A stretch of DNA of 64,000 bases from a virus. Lineage: Duplodnaviria; Caudoviricetes. Shown in pieces: positions 17,238 through 26,539 of this stretch. The notes under the pieces are model-generated. The model was not told where the DNA came from. It saw only the letters and a list, made by a program, of their open reading frames with translations, and made no database searches. How positions within the stretch are numbered: the first letter of the stretch is position 1; every line of letters begins with the position of its first letter. A program made the translations under genes and the position numbers. The stretch covers positions 258 to 64,257 of IMG/VR virus record IMGVR_UViG_3300046543_000437; one strand, given 5' to 3'.

Positions 17238-18108
17238 GCTGCTCTGCATCTGGCACGGTAATTGTCAGGACGGTTTCGGCGCAGCCTGGGCGGTGCGTCA
17301 CGCGCTCGGCGAGGACAATGTCGAGTTCCATGCCGGCGTCTATCAAGAGCCGCCGCCGGATGTCGCTGACCGGCATGTTCTGCTGGTCGACTTCAGCTAC
17401 AAGCGCCCGGTCCTCTTAGACATGGCGATGCGAGCGAAGACGATCCTCATCCTCGATCACCACAAAAGCGCAGCGGAAGACCTCGCGGGCTTCCGAGGGC
17501 CAACTTACCAGCAATGGCAGGACAAAGGCCGAGGGCCTGATCCAGCCGATCCGCCGATCGCGGTGGTCTTCGACATGGAGCGATCCGGTGCCGGGCTAAC
17601 CTGGGACCATCTGCTTCCCGGCAGACCGCGGCCGCGGCTGATCAACCACATCGAGGACCGCGATCTATGGCGCTTCAAGCTGCCCAAGACGCGGGAGATC
17701 AGCGCGGCGCTGTTCTCCTACCCCTACGACTTCGCCCTATGGGACTCGCTGATGAATGAGGACGTACTGCCCAACCTTATCGTCGAAGGCGCCGCGATCG
17801 ATCGCATGCACCTCCGCGAGATCGCCAACCTTCTGCCGGTAGTACGGCGCTCGATGATGATCGGCGACATCAAGATGCCGGTCGCAAATCTGCCGCTGAC
17901 CATGACCAGCGATGCCGGGAACCAGATGGCGTCTGAAGCTCAAGGTATCGCCGCTTGTTATTGGGACACGCCCGAAGGTCGGGTCTTTTCGCTGCGCTCG
18001 ACCGATGACGGCCCCGACTGCCAAGCCATCGCCGTCAAATACGGCGGCGGCGGCCACGCTCACGCCGCCGGGTTCCGCATGCCGCTTAACTGGGAAGGAG
18101 ACGAATGA
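17227..18108 (+). CDS. DHH/DHHA1 phosphoesterase
   Basis: HGNCQDG, VDFS, LDHH, SGA, EDRDLW, FSLRS, GGGGHAHAAGF. Confidence 0.92.
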   Translation: MTDKLLCIWHGNCQDGFGAAWAVRHALGEDNVEFHAGVYQEPPPDVADRHVLLVDFSYKRPVLLDMAMRAKTILILDHHKSAAEDLAGFRGPTYQQWQDKGRGPDPADPPIAVVFDMERSGAGLTWDHLLPGRPRPRLINHIEDRDLWRFKLPKTREISAALFSYPYDFALWDSLMNEDVLPNLIVEGAAIDRMHLREIANLLPVVRRSMMIGDIKMPVANLPLTMTSDAGNQMASEAQGIAACYWDTPEGRVFSLRSTDDGPDCQAIAVKYGGGGHAHAAGFRMPLNWEGDE

Positions 18109-18464
18109 CCCGCCGCCCGTGGCTATGCGAAGTCTGCCGCGGCCTCTTCGCCTATCCTGCGGATAGTACGCCAAATTTTTGCCCGTACTGCCGCGCCGCG
18201 ATCTCACCCTGTATGGAGAGTGAAATGTCCTCGTTCAAATTTCATCTCGGTGTCCACGTCACCACCAAGATCGAGCAGTTCAAGGGCTGCATCGTGTCCA
18301 GAATGGACAGCATCACCGGCTGCAACCGCTATTGCCTTCAGCCGGAGGTCGGGGCCGACGGCAAGTTCATCGACAGCGTCTGGACCGATGAACACAACCT
18401 CGAAATCGATTCCAGCAAACAGCAAATCAAGCTGTACCGCGATGCGGACCAACCGCCGGGATAA
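18105..18464 (+). CDS. Hypothetical phage protein (start may be 18225)
   Basis: FKG.IV.R...ITGCNRYCLQP motif. Confidence 0.65.
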   Translation: MTRRPWLCEVCRGLFAYPADSTPNFCPYCRAAISPCMESEMSSFKFHLGVHVTTKIEQFKGCIVSRMDSITGCNRYCLQPEVGADGKFIDSVWTDEHNLEIDSSKQQIKLYRDADQPPG

Positions 18465-18650
18465 TCGCTGCGAGGGAGAATGTTTGGTGTTCCGCCGCCG
18501 TAAATCACCGCTGGTACGGCATCTGGTCGCCGGCGGCTCAGTCGCCGGTAGACCGCAGCATACCGTCGACCGGGCGCCGGTATCATGGCTGATGCTCGCC
18601 GCCAGCCTCATCAGCCTGATCACCGTTGCCGCCATTGCGATCTTCGTCCT

Positions 18651-18923
18651 ATGACCCCCGCCCAGTGGGACACGCTGCCGTGGCTGCACGTCTACGCGCA
18701 GAGCCATGAACATGCGCCAGCCGAGATACGCGGCACCCGCGAGGCGCTGGTGGCGCTGCGCGACACCATCGACCGGGCGCTTGCCCATCCCAACGGCGAG
18801 GCCGAGTTCAGCGCCTTTGTCAGCGACGGCGAAGGCTACGCGATCGAAGTTCGCCGGGTTCCGCGCAACAACCTTCAACGCTCACGTCTGCCTTACTACT
18901 ACCGACAAGCGAGCTATCGATGA
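18651..18923 (+). CDS. Hypothetical phage protein
   Basis: LHVYAQ..H..AEIRG.REAL..LR...DGEGY motif. Confidence 0.65.
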   Translation: MTPAQWDTLPWLHVYAQSHEHAPAEIRGTREALVALRDTIDRALAHPNGEAEFSAFVSDGEGYAIEVRRVPRNNLQRSRLPYYYRQASYR

Positions 18924-18933
18924 GCAAGAGCTT

Positions 18934-19330
18934 CCTCCCCCCGGCCAACCTCGATTTGCCGATGCCGTCAAGCGCCGCTTACCGAGGAGCTAGATGATGG
19001 GAACAAAAAACAATCCCGGCGCTTTCGATTGTTACGAGAATGCGGAGCCAGATGAACCGATGTTCATTCTGCTGGGGCGCGACCCTCTCGCACCGTTTCT
19101 GGTCTCCATATGGTCAAAGCTACGCATGGGTGACCTCGAAGCGGCGGGCGTCGTCTTCACGAAGATGGCTTACGAAATTGCGCTGCGCTACCACGCAGAA
19201 CCAGACGTTGATAAGGCGAGCGAGGCGATGGACTGTTCGTTTGCGATGTTCGCATGGCGCAAGGAGCATCGCTCGCCATGACCACCCTCCCCCCGGCGAA
19301 CCTCGATTTGCCGATGCCGTCAGGCGCCGC
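18934..19330 (+). repeat. 45-bp direct repeat (18934-18978 and 19286-19330) flanking a single gene
   Basis: CCTCCCCCCGGCSAACCTCGATTTGCCGATGCCGTCARGCGCCGC, 43/45 identical. Confidence 0.9.
18994..19281 (+). CDS. Conserved phage protein
   Basis: MGTKNNPGAFDCYENAEPDEPMFILLGRD motif; GAGGAG RBS. Confidence 0.8.
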   Translation: MMGTKNNPGAFDCYENAEPDEPMFILLGRDPLAPFLVSIWSKLRMGDLEAAGVVFTKMAYEIALRYHAEPDVDKASEAMDCSFAMFAWRKEHRSP

Positions 19331-19604
19331 CGTTCCGCCGCCGAGCCGCGCCGCCTATCTCGTTGTCAGCCGCCGCCTCGGACGCCAGCATGCCGCGATC
19401 TACTGGGACGAGTTGCCGCGCGCCCCGGTTTACAAGCTCGAATACGTCACGCGGCTCGATACCTTGCCGGAGGACAGCCTGTTGCGGCTGGAGGTGCCGT
19501 TGACGCGGATCATAGGAATCTACGCGACGCTCAAGGCAGCGGGAACGCTGCCGCCGCGCTGGGAGCCGCCGCCGAAGGCGAAACCGGCCCCGGTGGAAGG
19601 ATGA
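19278..19604 (+). CDS. Hypothetical protein
   Basis: MTTLPPANLDLPM start coupled to the previous stop. Confidence 0.6.
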   Translation: MTTLPPANLDLPMPSGAAVPPPSRAAYLVVSRRLGRQHAAIYWDELPRAPVYKLEYVTRLDTLPEDSLLRLEVPLTRIIGIYATLKAAGTLPPRWEPPPKAKPAPVEG

Positions 19605-19780
19605 GCCATGACCAACGATCAAGCCGTCGATATCGGGGTACGTCTCGAAACCGCGATCATGGGGCTGAAAGCCGCCCTGTTGCTTGCCCGCGAAAGCGAA
19701 CACGGCCCTGAGCTGACGATCGAGATAGCGTTGGAATACGCTGGCGATGCGTTGGAAATGTGCAAGAAAGAGGCTCGCCC

Positions 19781-20203
19781 ATGAACAGCGACGATTGGGT
19801 CAAGCTGCTTGAGGAGGAAGTCACAACCGCCGCCAGGTTCGGGCTGACCCGCGATGAAATGGACGAGGTGGTCAGCCGCGCCGGACAGGATCTGATCCAG
19901 CGGCTGTTCAAGCATGCCAACGGCAACACCTCAGTCGGACTCTCGATTGTGATGAGTTTATGCCAAGTCATCATCCAGCAAGGCTCGGCCAAGCAACAGC
20001 GTGACCTCCGCATGATGCTGCTGATGTATGTCCGCGACATGCTGTTCGACGATGCGGCTGTCGAACTGATCAGCGAGGCGCTGGTCGAGAAAGCTGACCG
20101 GATCGACGGCATCTGGCGGCGCGGCGCCAACGCCGAATCCGCCAAGATGCTGCGGATCCTGGCGATGACGCTCTCCAAGCCCCCAACAGGAGAAGTACCT
20201 TGA
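19781..20203 (+). CDS. Hypothetical helical protein
   Basis: MNSDDW start; coupled to the methyltransferase. Confidence 0.6.
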   Translation: MNSDDWVKLLEEEVTTAARFGLTRDEMDEVVSRAGQDLIQRLFKHANGNTSVGLSIVMSLCQVIIQQGSAKQQRDLRMMLLMYVRDMLFDDAAVELISEALVEKADRIDGIWRRGANAESAKMLRILAMTLSKPPTGEVP

Positions 20204-20784
20204 CCACTTACCGTGTGATCTACGCTGACCCGCCGTGGCGCTTCGCCAACTACAGCGCGAAGGGCGAGGGCCGCAACGCGACCGCGTACTACGACTGCAT
20301 GACCCTCACCGAGATCGCCGCCTTCCCGGTACAGCCCCTCGCCGCCAAGGATTGCGTCCTGTTGATGTGGGTAACCGACCCGTTCCTCAAGTTCGGGCTG
20401 GACATCATCGAGCGGTGGGGCTTCACCTACAAGACGGTGGGGTTCTACTGGGTCAAGCTCAACAAGGATTATTTCGGTCGCCCGATCGGCACCGGATACT
20501 GGACGCGGGCCAACCCCGAACAGTGTCTGCTTGCCACGCGCGGCAAGCCCAAGCGGCTCAACGCCGATGTCCACAAGCTGATCGAAGCGCCGCGCGGCGC
20601 GCACAGCGAAAAACCCGACATCGTCTACGAGCGGATCGAGCGGCTGACGGCCGGCCCCTACGTCGAGCTGTTCGCGCGGCAGCGTCGACCGGGATGGGAC
20701 GCCATCGGGCTGGAAGCCGATACCGGGCCAGCCCAGCGCCGCTGGCATGCCGACATGCGCGAGATGCGGGAAGAAAGACCATAA
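20200..20784 (+). CDS. MT-A70 family adenine methyltransferase
   Basis: YADPPW, LLMWVT, WGFTYKT..WVK, HSEKP, ELFARQ..GWD. Confidence 0.92.
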   Translation: MTTYRVIYADPPWRFANYSAKGEGRNATAYYDCMTLTEIAAFPVQPLAAKDCVLLMWVTDPFLKFGLDIIERWGFTYKTVGFYWVKLNKDYFGRPIGTGYWTRANPEQCLLATRGKPKRLNADVHKLIEAPRGAHSEKPDIVYERIERLTAGPYVELFARQRRPGWDAIGLEADTGPAQRRWHADMREMREERP

Positions 20785-20806
20785 TGGGAGACTGTAGGAG
20801 GGCGAA

Positions 20807-23800
20807 ATGGTTGGCCTTTTTACCCACGAAATCCTGAACGACGGCTCAGAAGACGACGCGGACCCGCTACCGGCGGGCGTTCGGAAGCTGACCGGGTTTG
20901 AGCTGCTCGCCCAACGGCAGAAAGTCCGGCCTCTAGTTTGTCGAGCTTGTGGCGAGCCGATAGCTCCCGGCAAGCATCCGCGCGGCTTTATCTGCGGCCC
21001 GTGCATCACAAAGCAAAAGAAACAATCACCGGAAAAGCAGCGCGCCAGAAACGCGCGCTATAGGGCCAATCTTCTTCGTCGGCAAACGGAGGTGTAGAGA
21101 ATGCACACGACCTACACCGTCTACCATGCCGATGGCACGATCCAGCGCGGCGAGGTCGAGTGGCCCGACGCGCCAAGCGCGCAGGAGATCAGGGCACTGG
21201 TCGAACCCATCGTCGGCAGTCCGATGGAGCATGTCACGGTCCTGGACCCGGTGATGGCCCAAGCTGAAGAGATCAGCCGTGCCGATTACCGCGACATGTT
21301 TGTCGATGAGTTGGGTCATGTCCGCGTCGGCGGCCCCAAGCAACGCAATCACGCCGCGACCGCGATCTACCGCGCCAACTGGCTGCGCGCCAAGGGCGGC
21401 AATCCAGAAGAGCTTCACTGGATCGCCGGGACAGCGGTCATGTTTGATCGCATCGTCTGGAAATGAACCCATGCCGCTTGCTGACCTTACCGATGCCGTC
21501 GATCACAATGACGGCCGCTGGCTGACCGTGCAGAGGCTTCCCAGCGGTCCTGGGTTGGCGAATCCCGCAGGCTGGTATGTGGTGCGAACATGCCGCTGTC
21601 ACCGCGGCGAGCGGGCCACGCTGCCCCTCCCCGACAAGGCGCGGGCCGAGCGTGTACGCCAGATACTCTTGGGAAAGATCAAGACGCCATCAGTGCCGAA
21701 GCTGACCTGGCCCGCAGAGGAGGTTCTTCCGCCGCCGCTTGCCGTGGGCCAGATTTGGCGTGACCGGCACCGTCGCGACGGCAAGGATCGCTATGTGCGA
21801 ATCGAGTCGATGGAAACCTCGACGGCGCTGGTCGAAACCGTCGACCCCGACAACGGCTTCGCCATTCTGCCGAGAACGACCAAAAGCAGGATTCCCGTCT
21901 CCCGGTTTAGAACCGAACGGCTGTTCGTGTATATCGAGGAATCCGTCCCATGATCGAGGATTGGATCGACCCCAGCCGCGAGTTCGATTGTCCCGGTTGT
22001 GGCCGTCACATCACCGCGCTAGGCATGCTGAAATTGCAGACGCCGCTCTGCGGCGCCTGTCTGTCGATCCCCGGCTGGTATCAACATTGGCAGCTTGTCG
22101 AACAGCTCGACCCCGAAAATCATCGTAATCGTGCGGCGGTCGTCCTAACCGTGGTCGAGATCGAATGCCGCTCAGTGTGGATCAGAAGAATGATGAGTTG
22201 GCTTCTGGCCGATGTCAGCTTCAAGGAAGAGGTCATCAGCCTCATCAAGAGTACCGTGAACATCGATCGCGGCCCGCCTGATCAGGGCTGGATCCACTGA
22301 AAATGCCTACTGCATCGAAACCGCGCCGCTTCGCATGCTGCATGGGCGGGATCGCCATTACGACGCCAACGGCGACGGCATCTAGTTGTCGTTGCTGCCG
22401 TGCGGGCGCATCACTAGCCAAACCCACCAAAAACGCGATTGGATCATTCGTGTGCAGCGCCAACTCGATATTAAAGGCGGGCCAGCCAAGGCGACAAGTA
22501 AACTCAAGGGGCCAGGATGTTTCATCTTCGTCCACTGCGGGGCGTTGTGGTCATCGACTCTCGATCACGTTTCCACTCCCAGCCAACCCGGATGACCAAG
22601 CTATGACTGATGAAAACGCTCTTATCCGCGCAAGAATTTTGCTTGCCGATGATCCTGATGAAATGGATGAGGAGTGGCTTGCACAGATAATTTCTCAGGA
22701 ATGGGCTGAAGCTGTCATGCTTGAGCGTCACCGTATAGCGCGGCGGGTTAGCAAGAGAACGATACTTAGGCTGGGCATTGGCCGTGATCCGCTTGTGGAA
22801 GTAAATGAGATCATTCAAGATCTTGCGGCTGATATTGAGAATAACTGGGAAAATGAAGAATGACCAACGAGGAAGTGCGCGCGATGCTGCGCGAGGTCTG
22901 CCAGCGTCTGGCAACCCCCTACCCGTTCCCCGAGGGTAGCGATGTCGATAGCCGGTTGGCGATGACCATCGGTCTTGCCATCGGGACCATTGTCGAAGGT
23001 CTGAGCGCCGAAGCCGAGAACCGTCCGATGCGGATCAACTGGACCGCATCCGAGGAGAAGAACGATGCGACTAAAGTTGGTTTCTCCTAGCCACGATACG
23101 CTTCTCGGTCACATCGATGTGCCGGACCACTGGCAAAACTGGCTTGAGCGCAACGGCGCGGCAAGTACGCTTGTGTCGCCCCGGCTACCGCGTTTCATCG
23201 AGGATGCCGAGATCGCCTACCCGGTCATGGTGAACCAGATCACCATCGCGCGGGCATATCACTCCGAGTATCGCGATGCGGTGTGCCTTATCAGAGGATC
23301 GATCGAGGAGCTTGAAAAGCTGCCGGGATGCAGCTTCAGCCCAAGCATGGCGTATCTGCGATCGCAAGCCCGCCATGAATAAGCCTGCGCCGCCGCTGAT
23401 GCAGATCATCGTGCGGGGTTGTGACCTGCCTTTCTCATCCTTGGCCTGCGGGACCGTGGAATGACGACCAGCAACTTGGTGAAGCGCCGCGGTAGGTGGT
23501 AAAAGCGAAATGCCGGTCAGGGCGGTCCTGGCCGGCATTTCTGGGAAGGAGGACTACGATGTTCACGCATCGCAAGCTCCTGATACGGATCATCGTTCTC
23601 TTACGAATCGTCGTCAAGAGGAAATAGGTCCGCGTTAGGGGGGAGTCAACCGGGTCCAAACCGGCTGGCTCCTCCCCCCATCACGCAAGAAGGACGCCCG
23701 ACATGATCGAGTTCGACGGCTGTCCGCATTGCCGCGGCGTTCGCTTCCTGGCCGGGCCGCGCGGCGGTTCGTCTCAGAATGTCGTCTGCATGGGTTGCTC

Positions 23801-24149
23801 AGCGCGATTGAATCTAATGATCCCGCCGCTTCCCGGCCCGCTTCTCTTGCTCGACGTAGGGAGTCCAAGCGACAGCCCGCCCGACATGCCGAGCGCGGGC
23901 TACATCATCGAACTGACCCGCGAATAGCTCGCGTAAGGCATGATGGTCATACTCTGGTGCTTCCTGGCAAGCTACTGCGCCTCTAGCCTCGCCTTCATCA
24001 TGCGCCAGCGTTACGGCCAAAAAGCCGAGATCGCCACCCTAACGGCGTGTTGCATCGCTATTGCACTGAGCGGCATACCAGCCGCGCTTTACGGCGCGCT
24101 GGGCGTGCTGACCAGCTACATGCTGATCCGCTGGCTGGTGTTTCGATGA
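20807..24149 (+). other. Second cluster of small hypothetical ORFs (e.g. 21101-21466, 21471-21953, 21950-22300, 22603-22863, 22860-23090, 23065-23382, 23703-23927, 23940-24149)
   Basis: Co-oriented short ORFs with RBSs or overlaps; several zinc fingers and one membrane protein. Confidence 0.65.
23559..23627 (+). CDS. 22-aa hydrophobic/basic peptide MFTHRKLLIRIIVLLRIVVKRK between two hairpins (type I toxin-like)
   Basis: Strong AAGGAGG RBS; 15-bp stem at 23507-23541 upstream, GC stem at 23638-23679 downstream. Confidence 0.6.
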   Translation: MFTHRKLLIRIIVLLRIVVKRK

Positions 24150-24260
24150 TGCTGTTCCCTGCTTGCTCGCACATGCCCTCGCAGCAATGCGCGATGCCGG
24201 TGCCGCCACAGTCTAAGCAGATGACCGGCGGCGGGCGCTGATAGCGACAGGGGCAGATCA

Positions 24261-24416
24261 TTAGATTGCGCCGACCAGCAAGAGAACCAACAGGATGATC
24301 AGCACCAGCCCAAGAACGCCGCTGGGGTAGTAGCCCCAGCCGTAGCGAGCATTGTACGGCGCTGGGAACGCGCCGATCAGCATGAGGATGAGGATGACGA
24401 TGAGAATCGTAACCAT
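24261..24416 (-). CDS. DUF3309-like small membrane protein
   Basis: MVTILIVILILMLIGAFP...WGYYPSGVLGLVLIILLVLLLVGAI (translated by hand). Confidence 0.8.
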   Translation of the reverse strand: MVTILIVILILMLIGAFPAPYNARYGWGYYPSGVLGLVLIILLVLLLVGAI

Positions 24417-24428
24417 GTGACTGCCCGC

Positions 24429-25025
24429 CTACGCTTCGTTGGTCGATACCGCGCCGGACGCCGTGACGTAGAATGGCTTGCAGCTTGGCGGCGATATCTG
24501 GACGGCCCGCCGCACCGCGATACAGCGCGCCTTCGCCACCCGAGTGATCGTCACGCTGTCGCTTTGATTGCCGCCCAGCGTGTGATAATGCGCCTCGTCC
24601 TCGGCGATATAGAAGCCGACATGCCCGCCGCCCTGCCGGACGTAGACCAGCACGTCGCCCAGGCTCGCGGCGCGGCCCTCGGCAAAGCGCAGCCTTGGGC
24701 TGTCCTCCGACCCGGTATTCTCCCCTACCGTCCCGCCGAACTTGGCCCAGTTGCGCGCCCAGAGCGGATTGACGACCAGCTTCTCGCCCGCCCGATGCAC
24801 AACGATCGCGGCGAAGAGGCCGCACCACGGCACCGAATCGTCGCTGAAGCCCTGGACCGTGCGCGGGTGCGCTTCGTTGATCTCGTCGGCCCACGCATCG
24901 ATCACCGCGTTGGATGCGCTACCGGGTAGCTCGTTCGTTCCCAGCAGCGCGAGCGCGTGCAGGATCGTCGGCGGGTGAACGCCCACCGTATTAAGAAAGG
25001 CATATTTGGCTGGTATGCCCGCCAT
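24429..25025 (-). CDS. TIGR02594-family (NlpC/P60/CHAP-like) putative endolysin
   Basis: DDSVPWCGLF, ARNW, GGGHVGFY, LGGNQSDSV. Confidence 0.85.
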   Translation of the reverse strand: MAGIPAKYAFLNTVGVHPPTILHALALLGTNELPGSASNAVIDAWADEINEAHPRTVQGFSDDSVPWCGLFAAIVVHRAGEKLVVNPLWARNWAKFGGTVGENTGSEDSPRLRFAEGRAASLGDVLVYVRQGGGHVGFYIAEDEAHYHTLGGNQSDSVTITRVAKARCIAVRRAVQISPPSCKPFYVTASGAVSTNEA

Positions 25026-25035
25026 CGTGACCCTC

Positions 25036-25677
25036 CTACTGATCGAGCTTCGCCGCGATCTCGCGTGCCGCCTGAACCGCGACATCCTCGACGCTGGGTT
25101 CGGTCGGCTTTACCCAAGCCAAGTAGATGATCCCGACAAAAGCCTCGGGTCCAGGCGGGATCGGCACGGCGCAGCCTCTTTTAAATCCGCGCTCCGCAAG
25201 CCGCGCGACAACCGGAGAATGTGTCGCGGACGATAGGTCGGCGCAGGCCGGATGGCCCGCGAGGATGTCCACTACAGCCTGCACATCGGATCGCGCGGTG
25301 ATCACCGGCAACCGTCTCGGTTCTGGGATCACCGGACGATCGCCATCATGCCGACGAGCACCGATGAATCTCTGCACGTTCGCGCCGAGGTCGACCTCCC
25401 AAATCTGCACCAGATCGGCCCCGGTCAACTCGACCAGTTTTTCCAGCGCAGCCGGAACCTCGCTGGTTTTCAACGACACGGCTGAAGGCGTCAGCCACGA
25501 TTCCAGCAACTGCTCGCGCTTCTCGTAGACGATCCAGCCCGCGCCACCAACGACGAACAAGATGACGACCGCGGCGACTTTCCACGGCTTATCGATAAAC
25601 GAAAGCACCTGGCCGAGCAGACCGGACGTACCAGCCTGCTCATGCGCTGGCGGGCGCGATGGCGGCTGCTCGGACAT
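25036..25677 (-). CDS. Single-TM protein with GAF-like soluble domain, candidate holin
   Basis: N-terminal TM helix (VAAVVILFVVGGAGWIVY); CAVPIPP...VGIIYL; directly upstream of the endolysin. Confidence 0.55.
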   Translation of the reverse strand: MSEQPPSRPPAHEQAGTSGLLGQVLSFIDKPWKVAAVVILFVVGGAGWIVYEKREQLLESWLTPSAVSLKTSEVPAALEKLVELTGADLVQIWEVDLGANVQRFIGARRHDGDRPVIPEPRRLPVITARSDVQAVVDILAGHPACADLSSATHSPVVARLAERGFKRGCAVPIPPGPEAFVGIIYLAWVKPTEPSVEDVAVQAAREIAAKLDQ

Positions 25678-25689
25678 GATCCTACCTCA

Positions 25690-26277
25690 TCAAGCTGGAG
25701 CGACGACGACGACCCCGTTCGACGGCGGGCTGGCGCTCGTCCCGATCGCATTGGTTGCCGAGACGACGCAAGTGATCGTGGTGCCGACATCGGCAAAGGC
25801 GATGGGATAGGTCGGCAGAGTGGGGCCGACGATCACTGTCCCGTCCTTGCTCCACTGGTAGGAGTAGCTCGACGGGCTGTTGTCCCAGGTGCCGGTATCG
25901 CAAACCAAGTTCGGATCGACCTGAGTGACGACGGGCGCGACCGTGTTGGCTGGCGGGTCGGTGATCGGCGGCGGCTGCGGCCCGACCCCAAGATCGGTCA
26001 GGTTCTGAGTGATCTCCCCGTCGCGCTCGACCAATTGCGCCCGCAGCGCCGCCATCGTCGCGGGTGTCACGGTGCCGATGTTGGTGATGCGGACCTCCAT
26101 CTGCATCGTCGGCGGCATCGACGCCGGGTTCGCCGGGTCGTAGGGCGGCGGCGCTGGTGGGGCGATCGTGAAAGCAGTCAGCGTCCCGCCATCATCGATG
26201 TGCGAGATCGCCGTCTGCACCTGCTGCTGCTCTTGATAGAGCGCGTTGACCTGTGGAACATCAGTGTAGTTGGTCAC
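25690..26277 (-). CDS. Virion-associated protein with C-terminal Ig-like domain
   Basis: GTW...SYSYQW..DG...ADVGTTITCVVSATNAIG. Confidence 0.7.
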   Translation of the reverse strand: MTNYTDVPQVNALYQEQQQVQTAISHIDDGGTLTAFTIAPPAPPPYDPANPASMPPTMQMEVRITNIGTVTPATMAALRAQLVERDGEITQNLTDLGVGPQPPPITDPPANTVAPVVTQVDPNLVCDTGTWDNSPSSYSYQWSKDGTVIVGPTLPTYPIAFADVGTTITCVVSATNAIGTSASPPSNGVVVVAPA

Positions 26278-26290
26278 TGGAACTCTCCCC

Positions 26291-26539
26291 TTAGTTCACC
26301 GGGCGCTCGAATTGACCGGGAGGACGAATGTCGACGCCATTGCCGTTGGATTGCTGGGTCGCGATCTGACCGGCTGCCGCCTGAAGCTGCTCCATCATTA
26401 GCGGGATCAGGGTCGACGAAATCCGGTAAGGCGTCGGCGTGTCGTTCAGCATCTGCATGATGAAATTCCAATACTGAACCTCAAGCGTCAGGGTCAGTTT
26501 GGTTTCAGGCGTAACGGGTGTAGGCTGTTGCGTGTTCAT
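26291..26539 (-). CDS. Small tail-fibre-associated protein
   Basis: Follows the S74-containing fibre; L...PYR.S..LI motif. Confidence 0.6.
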   Translation of the reverse strand: MNTQQPTPVTPETKLTLTLEVQYWNFIMQMLNDTPTPYRISSTLIPLMMEQLQAAAGQIATQQSNGNGVDIRPPGQFERPVN

